A model generated the notes under the pieces. That model was not told the DNA's origin and did no database searches. It saw only the letters and a list, made by a program, of their open reading frames with translations. From assembly GCA_947643245.1 (NCBI GenBank), contig CANRVI010000002.1, positions 1 through 41,298 on the forward strand: a DNA stretch of 41,298 nucleotides. The letters are read 5' to 3'. Below, in pieces: positions 1 to 9,390 of the stretch. Every line of letters begins with the position of its first letter. Positions within the stretch are counted from its first letter, which is position 1. Source of the stretch: an uncultured Clostridia bacterium (GTDB lineage: Bacteria; Bacillota; Clostridia; Oscillospirales; CAG-272). A program made the position numbers and the translations under genes.

Positions 1-2325
1 AAGCGGCGAAAGCGGGAGGCAGAAGAACAAGCGGCCCTGCGCCGGCGACTTCTTTGGTCGGTGATTATTCTGATTCCGCTGATGTATATTTCCATGGGGC
101 CGATGCTGTCCCTGCCGCTACCGCCCTTTCTGGCCGGGGAAGAAAATGTGCTGGTATATGCGCTCACACAGCTATTTCTCACCTTGCCAGTAATGCTGAT
201 CAACAGCAAATTTTTCCGTTCCGGTACGAAAGCTTTGTGGAAGCGTTCGCCTAACATGGATTCCCTGATTGCACTGGGATCTGCGGCGGCACTGTTATAC
301 AGCGTATACGCCATATATCAGATGGCATGGACGGCAGGCAGAGGCGCTTTGGACGGGCACTTGGCTCATTCTTTGTATTTTGAAGCTTGTGCCATGATTC
401 TTACCCTGGTCACCGCCGGAAAATACCTGGAAGCACGCTCGAAATCCAAAACTACGGCGGCGCTGGATAAGATGATGGATCTGGCGCCTGCTACCGCCAC
501 GGTAATCCGGGACAATGGAGAAGTGGAAATACCTGCCCGTGAAATCGTAGTAGGGGATGTAATTGTGATCCGGCCGGGAGACAGTATTCCCGCAGACGGA
601 ACGGTAATCAGCGGCAGCGGATATGTAGACCAGGCCGCCATTACAGGAGAAAGCATCCCGGTGGAGGTAGGAGCGGGCAGCGACGTAATCTGCGCTACAG
701 TGAACCAAAACGGAACCTTTCGTTTCACCGCCTCCAAAGTGGGCGCGGACACGACGCTGGCCCAAATGATTCGGCTTGTAGACGAGGCAGGCAGTTCTAA
801 GGCGCCGGTAGCGCGACTGGCAGATAAAATCAGCGGTGTGTTTGTGCCGGTTGTTATCGCTATTGCTTTCATTGTAGCTGTGGCATGGCTGATTGCCGGA
901 GCAGCGTTTTCCTTTGCCCTGTCCTGCGCCATTTCTGTGCTGGTAGTGTCCTGTCCCTGCGCGCTGGGGCTTGCCACGCCTGTGGCAATTATGGCAGGAA
1001 CCGGACGGGCCGCGGAGATGGGGATTCTCATAAAATCGGCAAAAGGGCTGGAAACTCTCCACAGTGTAGATACCATTGTGCTGGATAAAACCGGCACTAT
1101 TACCAGCGGACGCCCGGCAGTGACAGACGCTAAGGTACTGGATCCGAATCTGACTAGGGAGGATTTTCTCCGCCTTTCCGCTGCAGCGGAAGCGGGAAGC
1201 GAACATCCTTTGGCAGCGGCAGTACTGGAGTATGTACGCAGCCAGGGAATCGAGGTTCCCCAGGGGCAGTCCTTTGCCGCAGTACCGGGCCGGGGTGTGC
1301 GAATCACCTTTTCAGGAAAAGAAGTGTTGGCTGGAAACGAAGCATTTTTGATGGAAGAAGGCATCCTAGAGCAAGACCCTGCCGGGCTGCAAGAAGCTCG
1401 AACCCTGTCCGCGCAGCTGTCCGGACAGGGAAAAACCCCTATTTTGTTTGCAGCAGGAGGGAAAGTGGCGGGCATTGTTGCTGCGGCAGACGAAGTGCGA
1501 CCTACCAGTCGGGCGGCCATCGATACCTTTCACAAAATGGGGCTGCATGTGGTTATGCTTACAGGCGACAACCAGCAGGTAGCTCACGCTGTGTCCGAGC
1601 GTCTGGACATCGAAGAAGTGATTGCCGGGGTATTGCCTACAGGAAAAGAAGCCAGCATCCGCTCCCTTCAGGAACAGGGACGGACGGTAGCTATGGCCGG
1701 AGACGGGATCAACGACGCGCCTGCCCTGGTGCGGGCAGACGTAGGCATCGCTGTAGGAGCCGGAACGGATATCGCCATGGACTCAGCCGACATCGTATTG
1801 ATGCGGGACACGCTGCTGGACGCGGCAAGAGGAATTTCTCTGAGCCGCGCGGTACTGCGCAATATCCATATGAATTTGTTTTGGGCGTTCTTCTACAATG
1901 TGCTTGGTATTCCTGTAGCAGCGGGACTGTTGTATCCCGCCACAGGGCTACTGCTCAGTCCTATGCTGTGTGCAGCGGCTATGAGTATTAGCTCCCTTTG
2001 TGTGGTGACAAATGCCCTGCGGCTGCGTTTTTTCAAAGACAAATTAACAGATACGACAGATGCCGTCTCTGACGGCGATCTGCCGCAAAATATGAAAGGA
2101 GCTTCTACAATGACAAAAATTCTGACAGTTGAAGGTATGATGTGCGGACACTGCAAAGCGCATGTGGAAAAGGCGCTGGGAGAGCTTTCCGGCGTTTCCT
2201 CCGCTTTGGTGGATCTGGAGTCCAAAACTGCTGCTGTAACTCTTTCTGAAGTGGTGGAGGACGCTATTTTGCAGTCTGCTGTGGAAGAAGCGGGATATAC
2301 CGTGGTGTCCATAGCAGAAAAGTAA
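1..2325 (+). CDS. copA: Copper-translocating P1B-type ATPase (CopA family), 5'-truncated by the window edge, with an extra C-terminal HMA domain
   Basis: Frame 1 is open from base 1 (KRRKREAEEQAALRRRLLWS precedes the tracked GTG at 61), so the real start lies upstream. Motifs read in the translation: VVSCPCALGLATP (CPC), LDKTGTIT (phosphorylation site), MAGDGINDAPAL (hinge). The C-terminal ~70 aa carry GMMCGHC. Confidence 0.92.
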   Translation, partial: KRRKREAEEQAALRRRLLWSVIILIPLMYISMGPMLSLPLPPFLAGEENVLVYALTQLFLTLPVMLINSKFFRSGTKALWKRSPNMDSLIALGSAAALLYSVYAIYQMAWTAGRGALDGHLAHSLYFEACAMILTLVTAGKYLEARSKSKTTAALDKMMDLAPATATVIRDNGEVEIPAREIVVGDVIVIRPGDSIPADGTVISGSGYVDQAAITGESIPVEVGAGSDVICATVNQNGTFRFTASKVGADTTLAQMIRLVDEAGSSKAPVARLADKISGVFVPVVIAIAFIVAVAWLIAGAAFSFALSCAISVLVVSCPCALGLATPVAIMAGTGRAAEMGILIKSAKGLETLHSVDTIVLDKTGTITSGRPAVTDAKVLDPNLTREDFLRLSAAAEAGSEHPLAAAVLEYVRSQGIEVPQGQSFAAVPGRGVRITFSGKEVLAGNEAFLMEEGILEQDPAGLQEARTLSAQLSGQGKTPILFAAGGKVAGIVAAADEVRPTSRAAIDTFHKMGLHVVMLTGDNQQVAHAVSERLDIEEVIAGVLPTGKEASIRSLQEQGRTVAMAGDGINDAPALVRADVGIAVGAGTDIAMDSADIVLMRDTLLDAARGISLSRAVLRNIHMNLFWAFFYNVLGIPVAAGLLYPATGLLLSPMLCAAAMSISSLCVVTNALRLRFFKDKLTDTTDAVSDGDLPQNMKGASTMTKILTVEGMMCGHCKAHVEKALGELSGVSSALVDLESKTAAVTLSEVVEDAILQSAVEEAGYTVVSIAEK
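2110..2322 (+). other. CopZ-like HMA (heavy-metal-associated) module, in frame with copA, preceded by its own SD and ATG
   Basis: MTKILTVEGMMCGHCKAHVEKALGEL...EEAGYTVVSIAEK has the typical HMA length and a CxxC site. AAAGGAG at 2095-2101 lies 8 nt before ATG 2110-2112. Confidence 0.7.
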
Positions 2326-2356
2326 GAGATAATTCAAAGAATTTTCTGCTGAGTCA

Positions 2357-2385
2357 TTGACAGTTCCCTAGGGCATGTGTATAAT
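2357..2385 (+). promoter_or_regulatory. Sigma-A type promoter for the nucleoside hydrolase-like gene
   Basis: TTGACA (2357-2362), 17-bp spacer, TATAAT (2380-2385). Both hexamers are perfect consensus, about 88 nt upstream of ATG 2473. Confidence 0.6.
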
Positions 2386-2472
2386 GAATCCAACTATACT
2401 TTATTTTGCAAAAGCTCCGCATCAAAACTTTTCTTTCGTGCGGATCGTTCCTGCAAATCCTGGAGGGAATCA

Positions 2473-3378
2473 ATGACCATTGAACAATTTCTTGCGGATA
2501 TCAAAAGCGGCCGGACAAAAAAAGTCATATTAGATACAGACGCTTTCAACGAAATCGATGACCAATATGCTATTGCCTACTGCTACCTGGCAGATTCTAT
2601 CGATCTGCAGGCCGTATATGCCGCACCTTTTCACAATGATAAAAGCGACGGATTTGAAGACGGCATGGTAAAAAGCTACGATGAGATTAAAAAGGTTCTT
2701 GCCATGCTTGATCCGGATTATACTACACCGGTGTTTGAAGGCAGCCGCACGACTATCGAAGTAAGCGGCGGTCCGGTAGACAGCCCGGCGGCCCGTCATC
2801 TGATTGACTTTGTAAAAAACTCCGATGAGGTTGTATATGTGCTGGCAATTGGCGCCATTACCAATATCGCCTCCGCTTTGATGATGGATCCCTCTATCAA
2901 AGACAACATGGTGGTAATTTGGTTGGGCGGCAATCAGATTGACAGTGACAATCTGGGAGAGTTCAACTTGGTACAGGATTTCACTGCCGGCCAGATTCTG
3001 CTAAACTCCGGCGTGCCGCTGCTTTTGTGTCCCGCATGGTTTATCGTATGCGTGCTGACCACCAACATTGAACTGACCCGGGATTTGATGGGACACAACA
3101 CGGTTTGCGACTACCTTGCCGGAATTTCCGAACAGACATGGAAGGATGCAGGCTCTAATCCGGGATGGGTGCGCACCATTTGGGATATTGCCGCACCGGC
3201 CATTCTGGATAACCCGGACTGTGCCCAAATGGAGATTATTCCTGCGCCTATTTTTACCGATCAGCGTGTATACGCCTTTGACAGCACGCGTCATAAAATG
3301 CTGTATCTGAAGTCTATCAATCGGGAAAAGGTATTCGACGCTACCTGGAAAATTCTCAAAGCCCATAAGGATAAATAA
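2473..3378 (+). CDS. Nucleoside hydrolase (IUNH) family protein, non-canonical Asp cluster
   Basis: KVILDTDAFNEIDDQYAIAY resembles the N-terminal DxDxxxDD calcium/ribose motif, but with 5 rather than 3 residues between the Asp pairs. Start moved to ATG 2473 because GGAGGG lies 6 nt upstream and the consensus promoter sits inside the longer tracked ORF. Confidence 0.7.
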   Translation: MTIEQFLADIKSGRTKKVILDTDAFNEIDDQYAIAYCYLADSIDLQAVYAAPFHNDKSDGFEDGMVKSYDEIKKVLAMLDPDYTTPVFEGSRTTIEVSGGPVDSPAARHLIDFVKNSDEVVYVLAIGAITNIASALMMDPSIKDNMVVIWLGGNQIDSDNLGEFNLVQDFTAGQILLNSGVPLLLCPAWFIVCVLTTNIELTRDLMGHNTVCDYLAGISEQTWKDAGSNPGWVRTIWDIAAPAILDNPDCAQMEIIPAPIFTDQRVYAFDSTRHKMLYLKSINREKVFDATWKILKAHKDK

Positions 3379-3382
3379 AGAT

Positions 3383-3415
3383 AAAAAAGGGACTGGCACT
3401 GCCAGTCCCTTTCTC
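3383..3415. terminator. Bidirectional rho-independent terminator between convergent genes
   Basis: GGGACTGGC (3389-3397), loop ACT, GCCAGTCCC (3401-3409), with an A-run on the 5' side and TTTCTC on the 3' side. Confidence 0.75.
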
Positions 3416-3416
3416 A

Positions 3417-4250
3417 TTATAAAATGACGACTTCTCCTGCCGCCTGCGGATCGTCACGGATGATCTTTCCCACAGACGGAACGGTAATTCTGCCGCTCCA
3501 GGGATTTTTAATACTCACAACCGGTGTGGTAATTGCAGCCTGTACATGAGACTTTTCAAAAGCCAAATCGGTATTGTGCATCTCGCAATCAATTAGCGTA
3601 AGATCCTTACAATAGCAAAACGGCTGCGTGCCGGTGATTTTACAGTTGATCAGCGTAAGCCCATCGGAATACCATGCCAGATATTCCCCGCGGATTTCAC
3701 TGTTTTTCACTGTAATATTTTTCCCATGCCAAAAGGCATCTTTAGTTTGAAAAACACAATTTTCAAAAACAGCGTCCTGGATATACTGGAAGGAATATTT
3801 TCCACTAAGCTCCACATGGTCAAAATACAGGTTCGATCCACGCAGCAAAAAGTATTCTCCCGCTGCGGTGCATCGTTTCATGGAAAGTTCGGATACCGAC
3901 CAACCAAACTCCGGAGAAATAATATTGCAGTCCTGCATTTGTACGCCCCTGGACTCCCGCAGCGCTTTTATCCCATGCAGTTTCGTGTTTTCTATTGTCA
4001 CATAGTCACAATACCAAAGGGCGGCACGGCACTGCTGTGTCATCTCACAGCGACGAATAATAAGCCGGCTGTTGTGCCAAAACGGATACCGCAAGGCAAA
4101 ACAGGAATCCTCTGCGATAATATCTGCACTTTCTTTACAGGCGCTTTCCCCGTCTGCCGGACCATCAAAGGTACAGCGTATGATATGTATATTTTTTTCG
4201 CCGTATAAGGCACGTTCCGCATCAAAAATTTGATTTTCTATTGTTTTCAT
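3417..4250 (-). CDS. DUF3737-like right-handed beta-helix protein, function unknown
   Basis: MKTIENQIFDAERALYGEKNI...YPFWHNSRL plus repeated short beta-helix-like turns (NCKITG, DCEMHN, NSEIRG). AAGGAG lies 6 nt upstream of ATG 4250. The family name is from memory and unverified. Confidence 0.6.
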   Translation of the reverse strand: MKTIENQIFDAERALYGEKNIHIIRCTFDGPADGESACKESADIIAEDSCFALRYPFWHNSRLIIRRCEMTQQCRAALWYCDYVTIENTKLHGIKALRESRGVQMQDCNIISPEFGWSVSELSMKRCTAAGEYFLLRGSNLYFDHVELSGKYSFQYIQDAVFENCVFQTKDAFWHGKNITVKNSEIRGEYLAWYSDGLTLINCKITGTQPFCYCKDLTLIDCEMHNTDLAFEKSHVQAAITTPVVSIKNPWSGRITVPSVGKIIRDDPQAAGEVVIL

Positions 4251-4304
4251 CTTCTGCTCCTTGTGAACAGTAAAAGAGAACCGCTTCGCGGTTCTCTTCT
4301 CCAT

Positions 4305-5372
4305 TTAGCCGGAAATTTCGTCCAGCAGCGCATTCATCATTTTAAAGTATGCACGCTTTTTCTCACCTGCATCAACAATCGCCTGCTGCTCTTCTTTACC
4401 GTATGTCTCTAAGGCTTCCATACCTACCTTGCCTTTGTACAGCCGGTCTGCCGTCTGGGCCAAATTAATGTCTATTGAAACAATTTCGTTACCCTGCTCG
4501 CAAATTACCAAATTGGATTTTCCTGCAAGAAGCTCTGCCACAGCCCGAGAGCCCATTCTGGCACCTGCTATCCGGTCCCGCAGCGTTGGATTTCCGCCCC
4601 GCACCACATGGGCAAGACGCGCAAATTTTGTTTCCACGCCGGTTTTCTCCTGAATGCGCTTTGCAAACGCTGGATCTGCATAATCAGGGATCAACTCCGA
4701 CACGATTACAATAAAGCCCCGTTTACCAGCAGCCTTCAACCGCCTTATTTTCTCACACATAGCCTCTTCATCGAAAGGCACTTCGTTGATCACACAAGCT
4801 ACTGCGCCGCAGGCAATAGCTGTCTGTATAGCGATACCGCCGGCATTGTTGCCCATAACCTCCACTACGTTGCACCGAGCGTGGGATTCGCAGGTATCCC
4901 GCAAGCGGTCCACCATTTCTACTACGGTATTCATAGCGGTGTCATAGCCGATAGCATATTCCGTTGAAGTGATGTCGTTGTCAATGGTACAGGGTATACC
5001 AATGGTAGGAATACCCCGGTTGGAAAGATCGGTAGCACCTCGGAACGTACCGTCTCCACCGCAGGCCACAATTCCGTCAATTTCATATTTCTTGCATGTG
5101 GCAATCGCCCGCGCCATGCCTTCTTCCGTCTTAAACTCCGCGCATCTGTCTGAATACAGAATTGTTCCCCCCAGGGTTACCACATTGGAAACATCCCGGG
5201 CCGTCAGCGTACGTACATTGTCGTTTACCAGGCCGCTGTAGCCGCCGTTGATCCCAATCACCTCAACGCCGCTTGCAAGGGCGGCCCGCGTTACGGCACG
5301 CACTGCGTTATTCATACCGGGTGCGTCTCCACCGGAGGTGAGCACCCCGATTTTTCTAAAACGTGTTGCCAT
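4305..5372 (-). CDS. pfkA: ATP-dependent 6-phosphofructokinase
   Basis: KIGVLTSGGDAPGMNNAVRAV, ACGGDGTFRGA and GIPCTIDNDI are canonical PfkA motifs. GGAG SD upstream. Confidence 0.92.
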   Translation of the reverse strand: MATRFRKIGVLTSGGDAPGMNNAVRAVTRAALASGVEVIGINGGYSGLVNDNVRTLTARDVSNVVTLGGTILYSDRCAEFKTEEGMARAIATCKKYEIDGIVACGGDGTFRGATDLSNRGIPTIGIPCTIDNDITSTEYAIGYDTAMNTVVEMVDRLRDTCESHARCNVVEVMGNNAGGIAIQTAIACGAVACVINEVPFDEEAMCEKIRRLKAAGKRGFIVIVSELIPDYADPAFAKRIQEKTGVETKFARLAHVVRGGNPTLRDRIAGARMGSRAVAELLAGKSNLVICEQGNEIVSIDINLAQTADRLYKGKVGMEALETYGKEEQQAIVDAGEKKRAYFKMMNALLDEISG

Positions 5373-5472
5373 ATTTTTATCTCCTATCTGTATTGGTAAA
5401 ACATAGTAGTATTATTGTAATACCATACAGATGAAAAATCAAGGGTTTTCTGCGTTTTTGGCTATGTTGCTA

Positions 5473-7476
5473 TTACATACGGCGATATACAATTTTGTAA
5501 TACGTTTTAGCAGTCATAGAATATACAATGGCGTAAATCAGGGCAAACACCAAAACAGTGCATATGGTGCACACGAGAAACAAAAGCTCATTCTGCAAAT
5601 TCAGAAGATACAGCAGCTTTGTAAGAATGGGGAGGGCTGCAGCAATATGTACCACTGCCGCCAGCAACGGAATGAAAAAGACAATAACCACCTGGGCGCG
5701 TACCGTCTGCTTCACTTCCTGCCGGCTCATCCCCACCTTCTGCATAATAGAAAAACGCTCCTTATCGTCATATCCCTCTACAATCTGCTTATAGTAAATA
5801 ATCAGTACGGTCGCCATCAAAAACAACGCCCCCAGAAAAATTCCAAGGAAAAACAAGCCTCCATATGTGTCGAAAAAGCTAGAACGACTCAATTCTCTTC
5901 CGGAAAATGTGATTTCTTCGGCGCCGGGGAACTCCAGATTTCGTATTTCTTTCAGTTGTCCGGCCAGCTCCATTTTTTCTTCCTGGGTGCCGTCCGTATC
6001 AAATGCAATATGGCAGGTGAAGGAATCGTATGATTCCCCATACAGCTCTTTTGCAGCCGCCACCACAGGCGCTGCTGTATCCAGTTCATCGACCACCAGG
6101 TAGCAGATTTCCGCAAGATACGCAGTATATGTGCCGATTTCTGGAGAGACTCCGCCCATACCCGCCAGCTGGTAGGAGCATCCTAGGATATCGATAGAGT
6201 CCCACTCCTTTGCCTCTTTGCTTTCAAAAACATTCCCCAAGGCATATATCTCTCCCTCACCCACAGAAACATGCTCACCGGACAGTGCATAATAATCGTC
6301 TTTTGACAAAATGACAAGCAGATGAATTGCAGAAGAAACATCTTTATCACTGCCGGAAACAAAGGCATTGCCTTTTCGCTGGGTGGATATCGTCAAAGAA
6401 GTGGAAACCTCCATGTTTTCCACCTGCCGGCCTGCTTCGGATACCGTTCCTTCCACATAGGCCAGGAGTGCGTCTCTGTCAAAATCTGTTTCAGGAAGAT
6501 ACGTAGCCGATATGTCAATCTCCTGGGGGAACCGGGTATACAGTAAATCGTCTACCCCTACAAACATAGAAACAGTAGTAGAGATCATCACAAGCACTGC
6601 GGTGGATAAAATACAGATGCTGGCAAGACCGGCGGCATTTTGCTTCATTCGATAAATCATACCGGATATGGTAGTGAAATGGGCTGGCTTGTAATAATAT
6701 TTTTTATTTTTGCGCATCAGCTTCAAGAAAATGATGCTTCCAGCCGTAAACAGCAAATATGTGCCTATAATCACCAAAATCGCCGCTACAAAAAACATTT
6801 CAAAAGCATCCAGAGGGGATTCAATGGTTAGAGCAATCCAATATCCTGCTCCTAGGGTAAGGGCTCCGGCAAGAGCGGAAATCCACTTCGCCTTTGGTTC
6901 CTTTTCTCCGGCACTATTGTCCCGCAGCAATTGAATGGGATTGGCCAACCGCACCTGGAGCAAGTTGAACAAAAGATTCAATACTGCAATCCCCGCAAAC
7001 AATACCACAGTATATACAATTGACTGGGAGCTGATTTCAAAACTAAAATTGGGGTCAAAGTCCAAAATCCGGTATAAAATCAGCGTGACCAGCTTGTTGA
7101 ACAGCACGCCAAGCCCAAGCCCTAGAATCATACTGCCCAGATATACATATAGGCTTTCAAAAAGCATGGTAATTCCAATATGCTTTTTTTCTAAGCCTAG
7201 AATATTGTAAAGCCCAAACTCCTTTTTGCGCCGTTTAATTACAAAGCTGTTGGTATAGAAAAGAAATATAACTGCAAAAATAGCGGTTACACCCATTCCT
7301 ATAGACATAAGCGTGCTTAAATTGCTATTTCTAATGGTGGAGGTGTGAAAGGTCAGCGCACACATATTGTAAAACATCATGACTGTTCCGGCACAGGTGA
7401 GCAAATACGGCAGATATGTTTGCCGATTGTTTTTCAGACCGGTGGCCGCCAGTCGGGGAAGAAATCCTTTACGCAT
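5473..7476 (-). CDS. BceB-type ABC transporter permease (FtsX-like, 10 TM, large extracellular loop)
   Basis: About 667 aa. N-terminal MRKGFLPRLAATGLKNNRQTYLPYLLTC, four TM segments, a second FtsX block, and a ~200-aa soluble insert before the last TM cluster. ATG 7476 overlaps the upstream ATPase stop by 8 nt (ATGCGTAA), implying translational coupling. Confidence 0.85.
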   Translation of the reverse strand: MRKGFLPRLAATGLKNNRQTYLPYLLTCAGTVMMFYNMCALTFHTSTIRNSNLSTLMSIGMGVTAIFAVIFLFYTNSFVIKRRKKEFGLYNILGLEKKHIGITMLFESLYVYLGSMILGLGLGVLFNKLVTLILYRILDFDPNFSFEISSQSIVYTVVLFAGIAVLNLLFNLLQVRLANPIQLLRDNSAGEKEPKAKWISALAGALTLGAGYWIALTIESPLDAFEMFFVAAILVIIGTYLLFTAGSIIFLKLMRKNKKYYYKPAHFTTISGMIYRMKQNAAGLASICILSTAVLVMISTTVSMFVGVDDLLYTRFPQEIDISATYLPETDFDRDALLAYVEGTVSEAGRQVENMEVSTSLTISTQRKGNAFVSGSDKDVSSAIHLLVILSKDDYYALSGEHVSVGEGEIYALGNVFESKEAKEWDSIDILGCSYQLAGMGGVSPEIGTYTAYLAEICYLVVDELDTAAPVVAAAKELYGESYDSFTCHIAFDTDGTQEEKMELAGQLKEIRNLEFPGAEEITFSGRELSRSSFFDTYGGLFFLGIFLGALFLMATVLIIYYKQIVEGYDDKERFSIMQKVGMSRQEVKQTVRAQVVIVFFIPLLAAVVHIAAALPILTKLLYLLNLQNELLFLVCTICTVLVFALIYAIVYSMTAKTYYKIVYRRM

Positions 7477-8236
7477 GCTCCTCACCCCCCACAGACAGCA
7501 GGGTGAGGGAAGCGGCGATGTCCGCGTAAAAGGCTTCTTTGGTCCGTTCCCCCCGGTATAATTGGGTAAATACTTCCCCATCCCGGATAAACAGCACACG
7601 AGAGGCATGGCTCGCCGCTTTTACGCTGTGGGTCACCATAAGGATCGTCTGTCCCTCTTTGTTGATTTGCGAAAACATATCCAGCAGATTATCGGAAGCA
7701 CGGGAATCCAGAGCGCCAGTGGGTTCGTCCGCCAAAATAAGCTGCGGTCCGGTTATCAGTGCGCGAGCTACGGCGCACCGCTGCTTTTGTCCTCCGGAAA
7801 CCTCATAAGGATACTTTTCAAGAATATCTTCTATGTGCAGCTTCCTTGCAATGGGTTCCAGCCGTTCTTCCATCTTCTTGTAGTTCTCTCCGGAAAGCAC
7901 CAAGGGCAGAAAAATATTGTCCCGGATACAGAAGGTGTCCAGCAAATTAAAGTCCTGGAATACAAATCCCAGCTTTTTTCTTCGAAATACGGACAACTGC
8001 TTTTCCGCGATGGATGTTATATCCTCTCCGCCCAGCAACACTTTTCCTCCAGTAGGCCGATCCAGCGAGGCAATAATGTTGAGCAGCGTAGTCTTTCCCG
8101 ATCCGGATTCTCCCATAATAGCCACATATTCGCCATGTTCCACAGAAAAGTTTACTGCGCTCAGGGCCTGTACCTGCGCGCCTCCAAAGCGTGTGGTATA
8201 AATTTTCTTTACATTTTTTACTTCTAACAGCGGCAT
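7469..8236 (-). CDS. BceA-type ABC transporter ATP-binding protein
   Basis: Walker A GESGSGKTTLLN, signature LSGGQKQR, Walker B LILADEPTGALD. SD AAAGGA upstream. Confidence 0.9.
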   Translation of the reverse strand: MPLLEVKNVKKIYTTRFGGAQVQALSAVNFSVEHGEYVAIMGESGSGKTTLLNIIASLDRPTGGKVLLGGEDITSIAEKQLSVFRRKKLGFVFQDFNLLDTFCIRDNIFLPLVLSGENYKKMEERLEPIARKLHIEDILEKYPYEVSGGQKQRCAVARALITGPQLILADEPTGALDSRASDNLLDMFSQINKEGQTILMVTHSVKAASHASRVLFIRDGEVFTQLYRGERTKEAFYADIAASLTLLSVGGEEHA

Positions 8237-8269
8237 ATAAATATCGTCCTTTCTGTATAATCTGTAATC

Positions 8270-8343
8270 ATTGTACTAAACCGCTGATACAGTTTCCATA
8301 GATTCAGCTTACATTTTCCCTTCTATTCTTACATTTTTGTAAG
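8270..8343 (-). promoter_or_regulatory. Putative Bce-type target promoter with two response-regulator boxes
   Basis: On the minus strand: TGGAAA (8293-8298), 17 bp, TACAAT (8270-8275). Upstream, plus-strand CTTACATTTT occurs twice exactly 20 bp apart (8308-8317 and 8328-8337). The distal copy is part of the inverted repeat CTTACA-TTTT-TGTAAG (8328-8343). Confidence 0.45.
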
Positions 8344-8347
8344 GCTG

Positions 8348-9349
8348 TTATTCCACCTGCACATCCTGCCTGCCAAAGTGAACGCAGACACAGGTGCCCT
8401 CTCCCGGCTTAGAAGTGATGGAGAGTTTATGGCACAGCTTTTGACATACCATATTGCAAAGGTACAATCCAAGTCCGGTAGCCTTTTTATCGATCCGACC
8501 ATTGCTGCCGGTAAAGCCCCGCTCAAATACCCGTGGCAAGTCCTCGCTACGAATCCCGATTCCCGTATCCTGCATATGCAGCACCGTTCCTGCGTCGTCT
8601 GTCCATTCACTCCAAATGCGGATTTCCCCGGCGGCAGTATATTTCAGCGCATTGGATAAAAGCTGTTCCGTCACAAATACCAGCCATTTCTCATCGCTGA
8701 TCACAGTACGATCCAGCGCTTCGGTAACGATTCCAATCTTTTTATATATAAAAACAGGTGCGTATTTTTTTATCGCCTGACGGACCACATCGGATAAGTT
8801 ACAGGGCTGGGCACGCAAATCGGCGGCAATAGATCCAATTCGCAGATATTCCAGCGTTAGGCCGGCATATTGCTCAATTTTGAATAGTTCCTGACGCAGC
8901 TGGGGCACATCTAAATCGGTATTCTGCTGGAGCAGCAAACTCATGGCTGCAATCGGCGTTTTAATCTGATGCAGCCACAGGGTGTAAAAATTTTCTGCCT
9001 CTTGCTGCGTTTGCACCTGTTTGGCCAGAAGCATCTCCCTGTCCTGGCACAAACGCATGATAAGGGCATGAAAATCCTGCTCCTCCAAAGTTTTCGCTGC
9101 AGGGAGCTCTTCCAAAAGCACAATACCGCTGCTGCAGACTTGGCAAAGCCTGCGATGCTGCCTGCGGTAACGCATAAAATCCTTTACAGCAACAGGAACC
9201 CCTATAACGCAAAATAGAGCCGCTGCATAAAGTATCGCAGGGAGAGGGATTCGAAATAGGACAAACACCACCGTAAAAATAAGAATAAGCAAAAGCAGCA
9301 GGAAAAGTAGAATCCTGCGGTCTCGCAGATACTGAAAAAACATATGCAT
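8348..9349 (-). CDS. Intramembrane-sensing histidine kinase (BceS-like)
   Basis: Two N-terminal TM helices joined by a very short loop, H-box LWLHQIKTPIAAMSLLL, and a C-terminal HATPase (GTGIGIRSEDLPRVFERGF, GLGLYL). Start is uncertain: ATG 9349 has an AAGG SD, the tracked GTG 9379 has none. Confidence 0.85.
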   Translation of the reverse strand: MHMFFQYLRDRRILLFLLLLLILIFTVVFVLFRIPLPAILYAAALFCVIGVPVAVKDFMRYRRQHRRLCQVCSSGIVLLEELPAAKTLEEQDFHALIMRLCQDREMLLAKQVQTQQEAENFYTLWLHQIKTPIAAMSLLLQQNTDLDVPQLRQELFKIEQYAGLTLEYLRIGSIAADLRAQPCNLSDVVRQAIKKYAPVFIYKKIGIVTEALDRTVISDEKWLVFVTEQLLSNALKYTAAGEIRIWSEWTDDAGTVLHMQDTGIGIRSEDLPRVFERGFTGSNGRIDKKATGLGLYLCNMVCQKLCHKLSITSKPGEGTCVCVHFGRQDVQVE

Positions 9350-9390
9350 AATCCAACCTTTCTTCTCGGTCGATTTCACAGGGCATACTT

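Noticed and set aside
366-1520. 384-aa antisense ORF (plus 295-1206) inside copA
   Set aside because: It is Ala/Ser/Pro/Arg-rich low-complexity translation with no motif and no SD. It lies opposite a gene with unambiguous P-type ATPase motifs, so it is a shadow ORF.
7477-7608. N-terminal extensions offered by the ORF track (7477-7608, and likewise 2377-2472, 4251-4304, 10063-10110, 25276-25326, 34558-34590, 38360-38422)
   Set aside because: In each case an internal ATG or GTG has a proper SD and gives a canonical N-terminus (signal peptide, MYKILIVEDD and so on). The extension also overlaps an upstream gene, promoter or terminator.
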